A program made the translations under genes and the position numbers. This document shows, in pieces, positions 28,168 through 36,298 of a stretch of 64,000 nt of DNA. Position 1 is the stretch's first letter; each line of letters starts with the position of its first letter. Source of the stretch: an uncultured bacterium (GTDB lineage Bacteria; Armatimonadota; Abditibacteriia; Abditibacteriales; Abditibacteriaceae); the NCBI GenBank assembly GCA_963843795.1, contig CAWJLW010000006.1, positions 2,926,375-2,990,374 on the forward strand, read 5' to 3'. Under the pieces are notes generated by a model that searched no databases, was not told where the DNA came from, and saw only the letters and a list, made by a program, of their open reading frames with translations.

Positions 28168-30267
28168 ATGAAATTTTCATCACACGATGCCACTTCGCGC
28201 TCATGTTTGCGTTTTTTAGGTTGCTTAATCGCGATGGGTGCAACATTGTCCGGTGAGACGATGGCACGCGCCGATTTTGCTTTTGTGCATATCACCGACA
28301 CACACGTCACCGCCACCGATAAGCCCGGTTCGAATGCCGACAAAGACAGCGAACTTTATCGCGAGATCAGCAATCTCAAACCGCAGCCGGCATTTGCCTT
28401 CAACACCGGGGATGTCGTCGAAGTCGGCACACCGGAAGAATACGAGATTTATCGTAAAAGCCTGAAGAATTTGTCCATTCCGCATCACGAAGCGCCCGGC
28501 AATCACGATGTGCGCTGGAACCCGCAGGGAAAAGAAGGCTATGTGGTGGGCGCAGCACAACCGCTTTATCAATCGTGGGACTACGAAAATGTCCATTTTG
28601 TAGCACTGGATTCGACCGTACTTTTGCAGCACTGGGGACACTTCGACAAAGCCATGCTCGACTGGCTGCGTGACGACTTGAAGAAAATCGGCCCGCAGCG
28701 TCCGGTAATTATCGGATTTCATCACTGGATCGGACGCGAAACCGTGCAGGCCGATAACGAAGACCAGCTGCTCGCTATCACCGCGCCCTATAATGTCGTT
28801 TTATGGTTGCAAGGGCATGGGCACTCGGATATCAAATGGAACATCAATGGAGCGCCCGCGATTATGGCCAAGGGCCTGTATCAAGGCTCGTACAACCTGA
28901 TCGAAATCAGTTCCGAGCGCTTGCGCGTGCTGCGTCGGACAACAGAAAAGCCAACTCCAACCACCGAAATACTTTCCGTCCCGCTGGCTCGCGCCACACC
29001 GCCCAATTGGACGGCAAATGCTCGCATCAGCGGAGACAATCTACAGGTTTCAGCCACACGCGGCGATTTGCCGGACAACATCAAACTTTCGTTTCGCATC
29101 AATGATGGCGATTTCGAAGAAATGGCTCCGCGTGGCGACGGTTGGAACGGACAAACTTCCCAATCGAAGCTAATGGCTGGCGAACATCGCGTGACAGTGC
29201 GCGCGACTCTGGACGATGGGCGCTCCTACACGCGCGCTGTGCCGGTTTCCCTTCGACGCGCCGGTAGGCCGGCGCCGTTGTGGGTGCGTCCGCTGGGCAG
29301 CGCTATTCAATCGCGCTTGGTGCGCTCGGGTGATGCTTTATATGTGACGACAATGGGCGGCGACCTGTTTTGTCTGGATAGCCAAAATGGTGCAGTGCGC
29401 TGGAAATTTTCGACGGGCGGCGCGCTATTTTCAACACCCATAGTGGACAACGGCACGGTTTACTTTGGTTCCGCTGATCATTTCATTTATGCCGTCGATG
29501 CGCAGCGCGGAAAATTGAAGTGGAAAACAGAAACTGGCGGCGCGGTGTTTGGTGGTGCAGCTGTGGCCAAAAATGTGGTGTGCATCGCATCTGTTGATAC
29601 GAAAATCTACGGATTGGACGCGCGCAGTGGCAAAGTACTTTGGACGGTCGGTGGCGAGGGTATGTATCAAAGCGCCGCAACCACCGATGGCACGCGTTTT
29701 TTCGTCGGTGGCTGGGATAACTTCTTTCGCGCCATAGATGTGGCTTCGGGCAAAGAAATTTGGAAGCGTAAATTCGGACGCGCTTTCTACTTTGCGCCCG
29801 CCATCGGCTCGCCAACGGTGGGCAATGGTCAAGTTTTTGTAACTTCCAACGATGGCTTTCTGCACGCCATGAACGCTGCCACCGGCGAACTTGTGTGGGA
29901 AGTGGAAGGGCCATCGGTGGGTTATTCTGGGCCATTATTTCGCGATGGCAAAATCTACAACGCGTCTCTCACAGATACGGGCCGCGTGATACGATTCGAT
30001 GAAAAAATTGGTGCCCGCGAATGGGATACACCGACCGGCAGCGTTATTTACGATTCCTCGTGCGCATGGGGGCAAACGCCCGATGGCGGCGCGATTTACG
30101 TCGGTTCTGTTGATGGAACGTTTTCTTCTCTGGCCACACGCGATGGAAAGATACTGTGGCAGTACCGCTTGGCGCCCGGCCATTTGCTCGCTTCACCCGC
30201 CACAGACGAACGCCGGGTTTTTATCGCATCACAGAACGGCAACGTCGTAGCTTTACCGCTTTATTAA
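28168..30267 (+). CDS. Secreted calcineurin-like metallophosphoesterase fused to PQQ-type beta-propeller repeats
   Basis: DxH (TDTH), GD (TGDV), GNHD, HH and GHGH motifs; C-terminal repeats such as 'YAVDAQRGKLKWK' and 'YGLDARSGKVLW'. Start uncertain. Confidence 0.85.
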   Translation: MKFSSHDATSRSCLRFLGCLIAMGATLSGETMARADFAFVHITDTHVTATDKPGSNADKDSELYREISNLKPQPAFAFNTGDVVEVGTPEEYEIYRKSLKNLSIPHHEAPGNHDVRWNPQGKEGYVVGAAQPLYQSWDYENVHFVALDSTVLLQHWGHFDKAMLDWLRDDLKKIGPQRPVIIGFHHWIGRETVQADNEDQLLAITAPYNVVLWLQGHGHSDIKWNINGAPAIMAKGLYQGSYNLIEISSERLRVLRRTTEKPTPTTEILSVPLARATPPNWTANARISGDNLQVSATRGDLPDNIKLSFRINDGDFEEMAPRGDGWNGQTSQSKLMAGEHRVTVRATLDDGRSYTRAVPVSLRRAGRPAPLWVRPLGSAIQSRLVRSGDALYVTTMGGDLFCLDSQNGAVRWKFSTGGALFSTPIVDNGTVYFGSADHFIYAVDAQRGKLKWKTETGGAVFGGAAVAKNVVCIASVDTKIYGLDARSGKVLWTVGGEGMYQSAATTDGTRFFVGGWDNFFRAIDVASGKEIWKRKFGRAFYFAPAIGSPTVGNGQVFVTSNDGFLHAMNAATGELVWEVEGPSVGYSGPLFRDGKIYNASLTDTGRVIRFDEKIGAREWDTPTGSVIYDSSCAWGQTPDGGAIYVGSVDGTFSSLATRDGKILWQYRLAPGHLLASPATDERRVFIASQNGNVVALPLY

Positions 30268-30334
30268 TTGAAGCGCGCATCTGCTGGCACATTACATCGG
30301 TGCGAACCGACTTATTTCACGAAAAAATTCTGCT

Positions 30335-32677
30335 ATGTTTCACTTCAAATCCGTTCTTTGTTTTGCGGTCGTCGCACTTCTGGTTTCGATTATGGCAATT
30401 CAGAACACTCCGGCGGCTGAGGCCGCGCCACCCAATTTCACGCGCGTCGATGAGTTGGTGCGCGAAGCTGTGGAAAAGAACGATGTACCGGGTGCGGTCG
30501 TTCTGGTCGGATATCAAGGCGAGGTTGTGTTGCGCCGCGCTTATGGCAATGCCGGTCTGCGTCCGCAAGAGCGCGCGATGACGGCGGAAACGATTTTCGA
30601 TTTGGCTTCACTAACCAAACCCATCGCTACTTCGACCGCTGCCATGATGCTGCTGGAAGAAGGCAAAATCGAGCTTGATACGCCGGTCAGCAAGTACTTG
30701 CCGGTCTTCAATACCGGAGAGAAAGCCAAGATTACCGTTCGTCATCTGCTCACTCACACCGCTGGTTTCGTAGCTGGTGGCGCTTACGCGGGCAAAACGC
30801 GCACGACCGCGCAGATGCTGGACGATATTGTAGCTTCCAACCCAAAAAGTGCGCCCGGCGAAAAGTTTCTTTATTCCGATTTTTCGTTCATCACGTTGGG
30901 CGCTCTTGTCGAAGCCGTGTCCGGCCAAACTTTGGATCGGTTCTGTCAAGAGCGCATCTTCAGGCCATTGGGCATGAACGACACGTTTTTCCGTCGCAAC
31001 GAAGCGGTGCTGGCACCTGTTGTTCTTTCGCGCGTGGCCGCGACGACGGCTGAAGACGACACACCCGCAACGCGCGCGCTGGTGCACGATCCGACAGCAC
31101 GAGCCATGGGCGGCGTGGCCGGTCATGCCGGTTTATTTTCGACGGCCAACGATGTGGCGCGCTTTAGTCGTATGGTTTTGAACGGCGGCCAACTTGAGGG
31201 CAGGCGCATTCTCAAACCCGAAACGGTACGCATGTGGCTGGCGCTGCAAACTCCGGGTCTGCCCGCCGAACGCACTTTGGGCTGGGATATGGCTTCGCCC
31301 TACTCGATTCGCGGCGCGCTGTCGTCGGCATCGTTTGGCCACACCGGTTTCACCGGCACCTCACTTTGGATCGATCCGACTTCACAGACTTTTATCGTTT
31401 TGTTGACCAATGCGGTTCATGCCAAGCCCTCGTCATCTCCAACCGTCATTCGTCTGCGGCGCGCGGTTTCCAATGCCGTCGCCAGCGCCATTGCGCCAGC
31501 CACTTCAGTGGCTGCAAACGTTCCGGTCCGAACTGGGCTGGAAGTACTTGTGGCCGAAGATTTCAAGCGCCTCGAAGGTAAGAAAATCGGCGTGGTTTGT
31601 AATCACACCGCGATTGATCGCAACTATCGTCATCTGGTCGATTTGATGGTAGAAAAGAAGCTCAATATTGTGGCGCTATTCGGACCCGAACACAGCATTC
31701 GCGGCGATGTCGATGAAGGCGTTTCAGGCTCTTCGATTGATGCCAAAACTGGTCTCAAAATTTATTCACTTTACGATTACAAGGTGCCTAAGGAAACGCG
31801 TTTTCGCCCGACTGCAGAGATGCTGGAAGGCATTGACACGCTGGTTTTCGATATTCAAGATATTGGTTCTCGCTACTACACTTACATCACGACGCTGGGT
31901 TACGTGATGGAAGAAGCCGCCAAGCATAAGATCAAAGTGATTGTGCTCGACCGCCCCAATCCAATTGGCGGCCTACTGGTTGAAGGCCCCGACCTCGATT
32001 TGAAATTTTCTGCACTGGCCGCTTATCACAACATGCCGATTTCGCATGGCATGACAGTAGGCGAACTGGCATTACTGTTTAATGCCGAGCGGAAGATTGG
32101 TGCCGATGTCGAAGTGGTCAAAATGACAGGCTGGACACGCGACATGCTTTTCGACCAAACAAACTTGCCATGGGTTAATCCTTCACCTAACATACGCAGC
32201 GCGCGTCAGGCATGGCTTTACGCGGGTGTGGGATTTTTGGAGGTGCTGCCGATTTCGGTCGGGCGCGGCACAGACACACCGTTTGAGCTAATCGGCGCGC
32301 CGTGGCTGGATGCTACGGCAGTCGCCGCCGATTTGAATGCGCGCAAGCTACCTGGCGTGAGCTTTGTGCCTACGCGCTTCAAACCCACGACGCGTGAATT
32401 CAAGGGCATCGAGTGCTATGGCATTCAGATTTTCTTGTGGAATCGCGCCGCCTGCCGTCCCGCCGAACTGGGCGTAGAAATCGCCGATGCCATGGTGCGC
32501 CGCCATCCCGACCGTTTGACCCTGAAAGCGCTCAGCGCCACGCGCGGCATGATCGGCAACGAAGAAACCGCCAAGATGCTGACGCGTGGTGCCACACCCG
32601 CCGCCATCATCGCCTCCTGGCGCGCGGATGTCGAAGCGTGGAAACGGCGACGCGCACCTTTTCTGCTGTATCAGTAG
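30335..32677 (+). CDS. Serine hydrolase (AmiE/beta-lactamase-like) fused to DUF1343 exo-beta-N-acetylmuramidase (NamZ-like)
   Basis: N-half: SLTK (SxxK), LLTHTAG, YSD, GHTGFTG. C-half: 'FGPEHSIRG', 'DIQDIGSRYYTY', 'LDRPNP', 'HGMTVGELA', 'PSPN', 'GRGT'. Confidence 0.9.
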   Translation: MFHFKSVLCFAVVALLVSIMAIQNTPAAEAAPPNFTRVDELVREAVEKNDVPGAVVLVGYQGEVVLRRAYGNAGLRPQERAMTAETIFDLASLTKPIATSTAAMMLLEEGKIELDTPVSKYLPVFNTGEKAKITVRHLLTHTAGFVAGGAYAGKTRTTAQMLDDIVASNPKSAPGEKFLYSDFSFITLGALVEAVSGQTLDRFCQERIFRPLGMNDTFFRRNEAVLAPVVLSRVAATTAEDDTPATRALVHDPTARAMGGVAGHAGLFSTANDVARFSRMVLNGGQLEGRRILKPETVRMWLALQTPGLPAERTLGWDMASPYSIRGALSSASFGHTGFTGTSLWIDPTSQTFIVLLTNAVHAKPSSSPTVIRLRRAVSNAVASAIAPATSVAANVPVRTGLEVLVAEDFKRLEGKKIGVVCNHTAIDRNYRHLVDLMVEKKLNIVALFGPEHSIRGDVDEGVSGSSIDAKTGLKIYSLYDYKVPKETRFRPTAEMLEGIDTLVFDIQDIGSRYYTYITTLGYVMEEAAKHKIKVIVLDRPNPIGGLLVEGPDLDLKFSALAAYHNMPISHGMTVGELALLFNAERKIGADVEVVKMTGWTRDMLFDQTNLPWVNPSPNIRSARQAWLYAGVGFLEVLPISVGRGTDTPFELIGAPWLDATAVAADLNARKLPGVSFVPTRFKPTTREFKGIECYGIQIFLWNRAACRPAELGVEIADAMVRRHPDRLTLKALSATRGMIGNEETAKMLTRGATPAAIIASWRADVEAWKRRRAPFLLYQ

Positions 32678-32700
32678 ATTTCAGGGCTGGATTGAAAAAG

Positions 32701-32746
32701 AAAAGCGCGTTTTCACTTTTTTATGAAGTGAAAACGCGCTTTTTTG
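32701..32746 (+). terminator. Intrinsic (probably bidirectional) terminator
   Basis: AAAAGCGCGTTTTCACTT-7nt-AAGTGAAAACGCGCTTTT followed by T run. Confidence 0.8.
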
Positions 32747-32871
32747 TGTTTCTTATAGATGCGTCAGTTTGAAGGCAAAGCGAAAAGCGAAACTGTTTCA
32801 CTGCAAGTACTTGCAGACCGGCGTGGCTACTTTGCTCGTTGTCCAACACGTTTCGTAGTTCGAGAACTTTT

Positions 32872-32972
32872 TGTAGGGTGCGGGTCTCTGACCTGCCCTC
32901 TGCGTGCATCAGTTGCTGCGGAGTTTCTAATCAACTGTTGAAAAAGGGCGGGTCGGAGACCCGCACCCTACA
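32872..32972. repeat. GTAG-type REP doublet (REPIN-like)
   Basis: TGTAGGGTGCGGGTCTCTGACCTGCCCT (32872-32899) and inverted copy AGGGCGGGTCGGAGACCCGCACCCTACA (32945-32972), 2 mismatches; each has a GTAG foot plus internal hairpin. Confidence 0.8.
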
Positions 32973-33010
32973 TTTTTCTCAATTGGAAGCAACTTAAATT
33001 TACAACCCAT

Positions 33011-34384
33011 TTAGCGAGGCTGAGCCAACGAAGCGTCTTCCAGAAAATCGTGCCGCCACTTTAAACGTTTAATGAGTTCAGCTTCATACGGCGCGATTTG
33101 TTCGGGTGATGTCAGGTTGTGCTCGGTCATCAGCTTGCCCAATTCTTCGTTTAAAAGCTTGATGCTTCCCGTGTTGACCGAACGGTCGAGGAGCGTTGCC
33201 ATGCCAGCTTCGGATTTAATGACATCGGAAACCTTGCCCTTAATTTCGCGACCGCCAACTGTGGTCGTAAATTCCATATTAGCTGGGTAGTAGCGCTGCT
33301 TGGTCACTTCGATTTGCGCCAACCGGAACGCGGTGCTTTTTTGACCGGCTCGCTGAAAAACAGCGATCAATCGCTTGTCGTTGATGATAGCGCGGTTGGC
33401 ATCGGGCCCGCGCACTTCGGCGCCGGTCGATGGATCGACAACAACCAAAGTGCTTTTATCGTCCACATCAATGCCGAAAACGCGAAAATCGCGCTCGAAA
33501 TCTGTCGGGCGCTGCCGCTTTTCATAGTACAGAACATCTCCCAATGAGCCAGCGCCGTCTGCGAGCGTCGCGAATTGAATAAAACCGACCGAAACAAAGC
33601 CGGTGTCGTAGGTATTGATCGAGTCGAAGCCGCCTTCGAGTTTGGAAACCGCTTTGACGACGTGCTGCTCGAACGGCGTGAATCCGGCCTGCGCGAAGAG
33701 ATCATTCAAATCTTTGTCCGGCCAGTTGCGCAAAGCCAATCCCATGCTCATCACGCCTTCATCAAAACGATAATAACCGTAACGCGGATTGCTTACTCCG
33801 ATGTGGTCTTGATACGAAAACTCGGCGTCACCAAACGTAATCACATGACGCAAAGGTGCAACGGCGACGGCGAATGGTGGCGGATTGCCCACCGCTGCCA
33901 GTAACTCGGGGGGAATGACACCCGCAGGTGGGGGTGCCACCGTGTTGGGCATCGCGGGATTTGCACCTTTAATTAGAGAATTAGCAGCGTCGGCAGCTTG
34001 CTGCGCTTCCCAGCGATCGCGGGCAAGTTTGGCTTTAATCCACGCTTCCCATTTTTCAGTGCGTGTATCGGTAGGCGCAGCGGTCATATTCGGCGGCAAT
34101 TTGCCGGGCCGCAACGTTTGATTATACGCGCGAAACCAGACCGAAGCCGCCGGAGTGAGGCGCACGACGAACGCTCCTTCCTTATCGGCATCTATGCGCG
34201 CTCCCACCTTATAACGCCCGGGCTCACCCCAATAATTCACGATTCGCGCCCGTTCAGCGGGAGAAAACAGCCCAGCGGCAGGAGCAACGGTGAGCGGTGG
34301 TGAAGCTTGCAGCTGCGCGGCGACGGGTGCAATAGTAAGCGGGTTGAAAGTCATCAGGGAAGCCAACAGAACAAACGATTTCAT
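33011..34384 (-). CDS. Secreted hypothetical protein with possible lysozyme-like C-terminal domain
   Basis: Signal peptide; 'EGGFDSINTYDTGFVSVGFIQF' resembles lysozyme-fold catalytic Glu plus G-x-x-Q hairpin (inference). Confidence 0.6.
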   Translation of the reverse strand: MKSFVLLASLMTFNPLTIAPVAAQLQASPPLTVAPAAGLFSPAERARIVNYWGEPGRYKVGARIDADKEGAFVVRLTPAASVWFRAYNQTLRPGKLPPNMTAAPTDTRTEKWEAWIKAKLARDRWEAQQAADAANSLIKGANPAMPNTVAPPPAGVIPPELLAAVGNPPPFAVAVAPLRHVITFGDAEFSYQDHIGVSNPRYGYYRFDEGVMSMGLALRNWPDKDLNDLFAQAGFTPFEQHVVKAVSKLEGGFDSINTYDTGFVSVGFIQFATLADGAGSLGDVLYYEKRQRPTDFERDFRVFGIDVDDKSTLVVVDPSTGAEVRGPDANRAIINDKRLIAVFQRAGQKSTAFRLAQIEVTKQRYYPANMEFTTTVGGREIKGKVSDVIKSEAGMATLLDRSVNTGSIKLLNEELGKLMTEHNLTSPEQIAPYEAELIKRLKWRHDFLEDASLAQPR

Positions 34385-34405
34385 GGAACTCCTTTGCGAG
34401 GCAAA

Positions 34406-35239
34406 TCAGTAATCGGTATCAACGGCATTACCTGCCAGATCGAACATTAAACGCAAACGCCCAAAGCAATCGAGATAATCATCACCGGTGTAAGAAACCA
34501 GACGATCATTCACACGAGTTGTGCCCGGCACGCGCGCGGCGGCATCGGCACACTGGCTGCCCGTGAGTTCGACAGCAACAGTTGTCGGCTTCTGCGGACG
34601 CAAAGGCTGCACGCCATCAAGGTTTTTCAGTGCGCTGGCGGCGCCTTCTCGTAGCTGGCGATGCGCTTCGCTTTGCGACAGGCAAACGGCGGCGAAGCGA
34701 CTGATGCCTTTCTTGACCGCAACCGTTGTCACGCCCTCAAAAGTACTCTGGGCTTCTTGGCAAGTCGCTTCATCGCCCGAAACCATCGCGACCGGCACGC
34801 CGAAATGACCGGCCAGGGTGCCAAAAATTGCCATTTCGCCGACCGGTTGTTCATTCAGAAAAGCGTTAAACAATCCCTGCGACAGATAAGCATGATTCAT
34901 AATACCTTCGGGCGTGCCACAGCGCGTATGATAGCCAATCATAAAAATGGCATCGAACGACTCGTCGATGCCGTGAATCATGGAAAGTGGACGACTACCG
35001 CCCGACACCAGACTGGCTCGGGGATGAAGTTCGTTCAAACGCAAGTTACGCATCCCATCGTGCGCATCGGCCACTACAATTTCGGTCGCACCGCCTTCAA
35101 GCGCACCTTCAACAACAGCATTGGTGTCACCGGCCATCATGGTGCGCGCCCATTCGTAGTCGCGCGAACCGGGCGCGGCCTGACTGGAATGCACGACGCC
35201 ACTGATGCCTTCCATATCGACTGAAATAAAGACTTTCAT
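34406..35239 (-). CDS. M55 D-aminopeptidase (DppA family)
   Basis: 'MKVFISVDMEGISG', 'DAH', 'IGYH', 'SGD', 'VKKGISR'. Confidence 0.92.
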   Translation of the reverse strand: MKVFISVDMEGISGVVHSSQAAPGSRDYEWARTMMAGDTNAVVEGALEGGATEIVVADAHDGMRNLRLNELHPRASLVSGGSRPLSMIHGIDESFDAIFMIGYHTRCGTPEGIMNHAYLSQGLFNAFLNEQPVGEMAIFGTLAGHFGVPVAMVSGDEATCQEAQSTFEGVTTVAVKKGISRFAAVCLSQSEAHRQLREGAASALKNLDGVQPLRPQKPTTVAVELTGSQCADAAARVPGTTRVNDRLVSYTGDDYLDCFGRLRLMFDLAGNAVDTDY

Positions 35240-35248
35240 TTCTTGCTC

Positions 35249-36283
35249 CTATGATGTCGCTTTGACCATTGATTCGCCCCAGAACGACGGCAACGCCAGA
35301 TCGCGCATCGTGCGCAATCCGGGAGCGGCTGCAAGTACTTGCGGAATGGAATTAACGATCACTGAAGCGGTCGCGATGTCACCGGGAATGCCGCCGGCAA
35401 TTGTCATTTCTAATGGCGGCGAACCGCTAATGCGCACGCGCTCAAAACTTTCCGGCGCACCAAGATAAGCTTCCATGTGCAATTCGATGAGCTTTTCTCC
35501 ATTGCAATAACCAATGCCATCTTGAATCAAGCCGCAAACCTGACCTTTGGCAACAGAAAAGAATTCGCTCGTCACTTCTTCGGTCGCTATTTTAGGCGTA
35601 ATTTCATCGGTGATTTGGTCGAGATTCCAGTTCATGGCGGTGGCAATCATCGCAATCGATTCGGCCAGACCAACATGTCGGACGCCACCGCTTTGCACTT
35701 TGGCCTCGAACTCCTCAGGCGAAAGTCCAGTGCCAATTTTGGCTTGAAATGGCTGCCGTCGCGCACGCGCATCCTGCACGCGCTCGACGCGGATGGTATC
35801 AACGCGCTCGCAGGTGGCAGTCAGCGCAATCGGCAGTGTGTCCATGGCAAAGCCGGGATTAACACCAGTGCCCAAAAGCGCCACATCGTGCTTTCGAGCC
35901 AGTTCATCGAGCTCTTTGGCGATACTCGTGTTGGCACCAACAGGAAAGGCCAATTCTTCGGTTGTCGAAACAATGGGAATGCCCAGACGAAGAGTTTCCT
36001 CAAACTGATCGCGCACGCGCGCCAGCGAAGAACCGCTGCACAAAATAGCGATATGCGGGCGCGTCTTTTCAATGGTATCAGCCAGCGAATTGGACACGGG
36101 AACGCCCAAAGGCCCACTGCCCAGAAATTCGCCCACATCGCGCCCGACTTTGGCGGGATCGATATCAACTGCGCCCACTATGCGTAAGCCTGCACGCGCC
36201 GCGACCTGACGGGCAACGGCGAGTCCAATGGGGCCTAAGCCCAGATGTAACGTGCGAATGGTCATGGGTATTTTAAGCTTCAA
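35249..36283 (-). CDS. NAD(P)-dependent amine dehydrogenase, 2,4-diaminopentanoate dehydrogenase (Ord)/DapB-like
   Basis: GLGPIG Rossmann motif, 'STTEEL', 'GTGVNPGFAMD', 'HVGLAES', 'GDIATA..VN'. Confidence 0.8.
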   Translation of the reverse strand: MKLKIPMTIRTLHLGLGPIGLAVARQVAARAGLRIVGAVDIDPAKVGRDVGEFLGSGPLGVPVSNSLADTIEKTRPHIAILCSGSSLARVRDQFEETLRLGIPIVSTTEELAFPVGANTSIAKELDELARKHDVALLGTGVNPGFAMDTLPIALTATCERVDTIRVERVQDARARRQPFQAKIGTGLSPEEFEAKVQSGGVRHVGLAESIAMIATAMNWNLDQITDEITPKIATEEVTSEFFSVAKGQVCGLIQDGIGYCNGEKLIELHMEAYLGAPESFERVRISGSPPLEMTIAGGIPGDIATASVIVNSIPQVLAAAPGLRTMRDLALPSFWGESMVKATS

Positions 36284-36298
36284 GCGGGGATAATTTTT

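Noticed and set aside
30335..31500. Beta-lactamase resistance gene
   Set aside because: The SxxK hydrolase is fused to a NamZ domain, which fits murein recycling rather than resistance.
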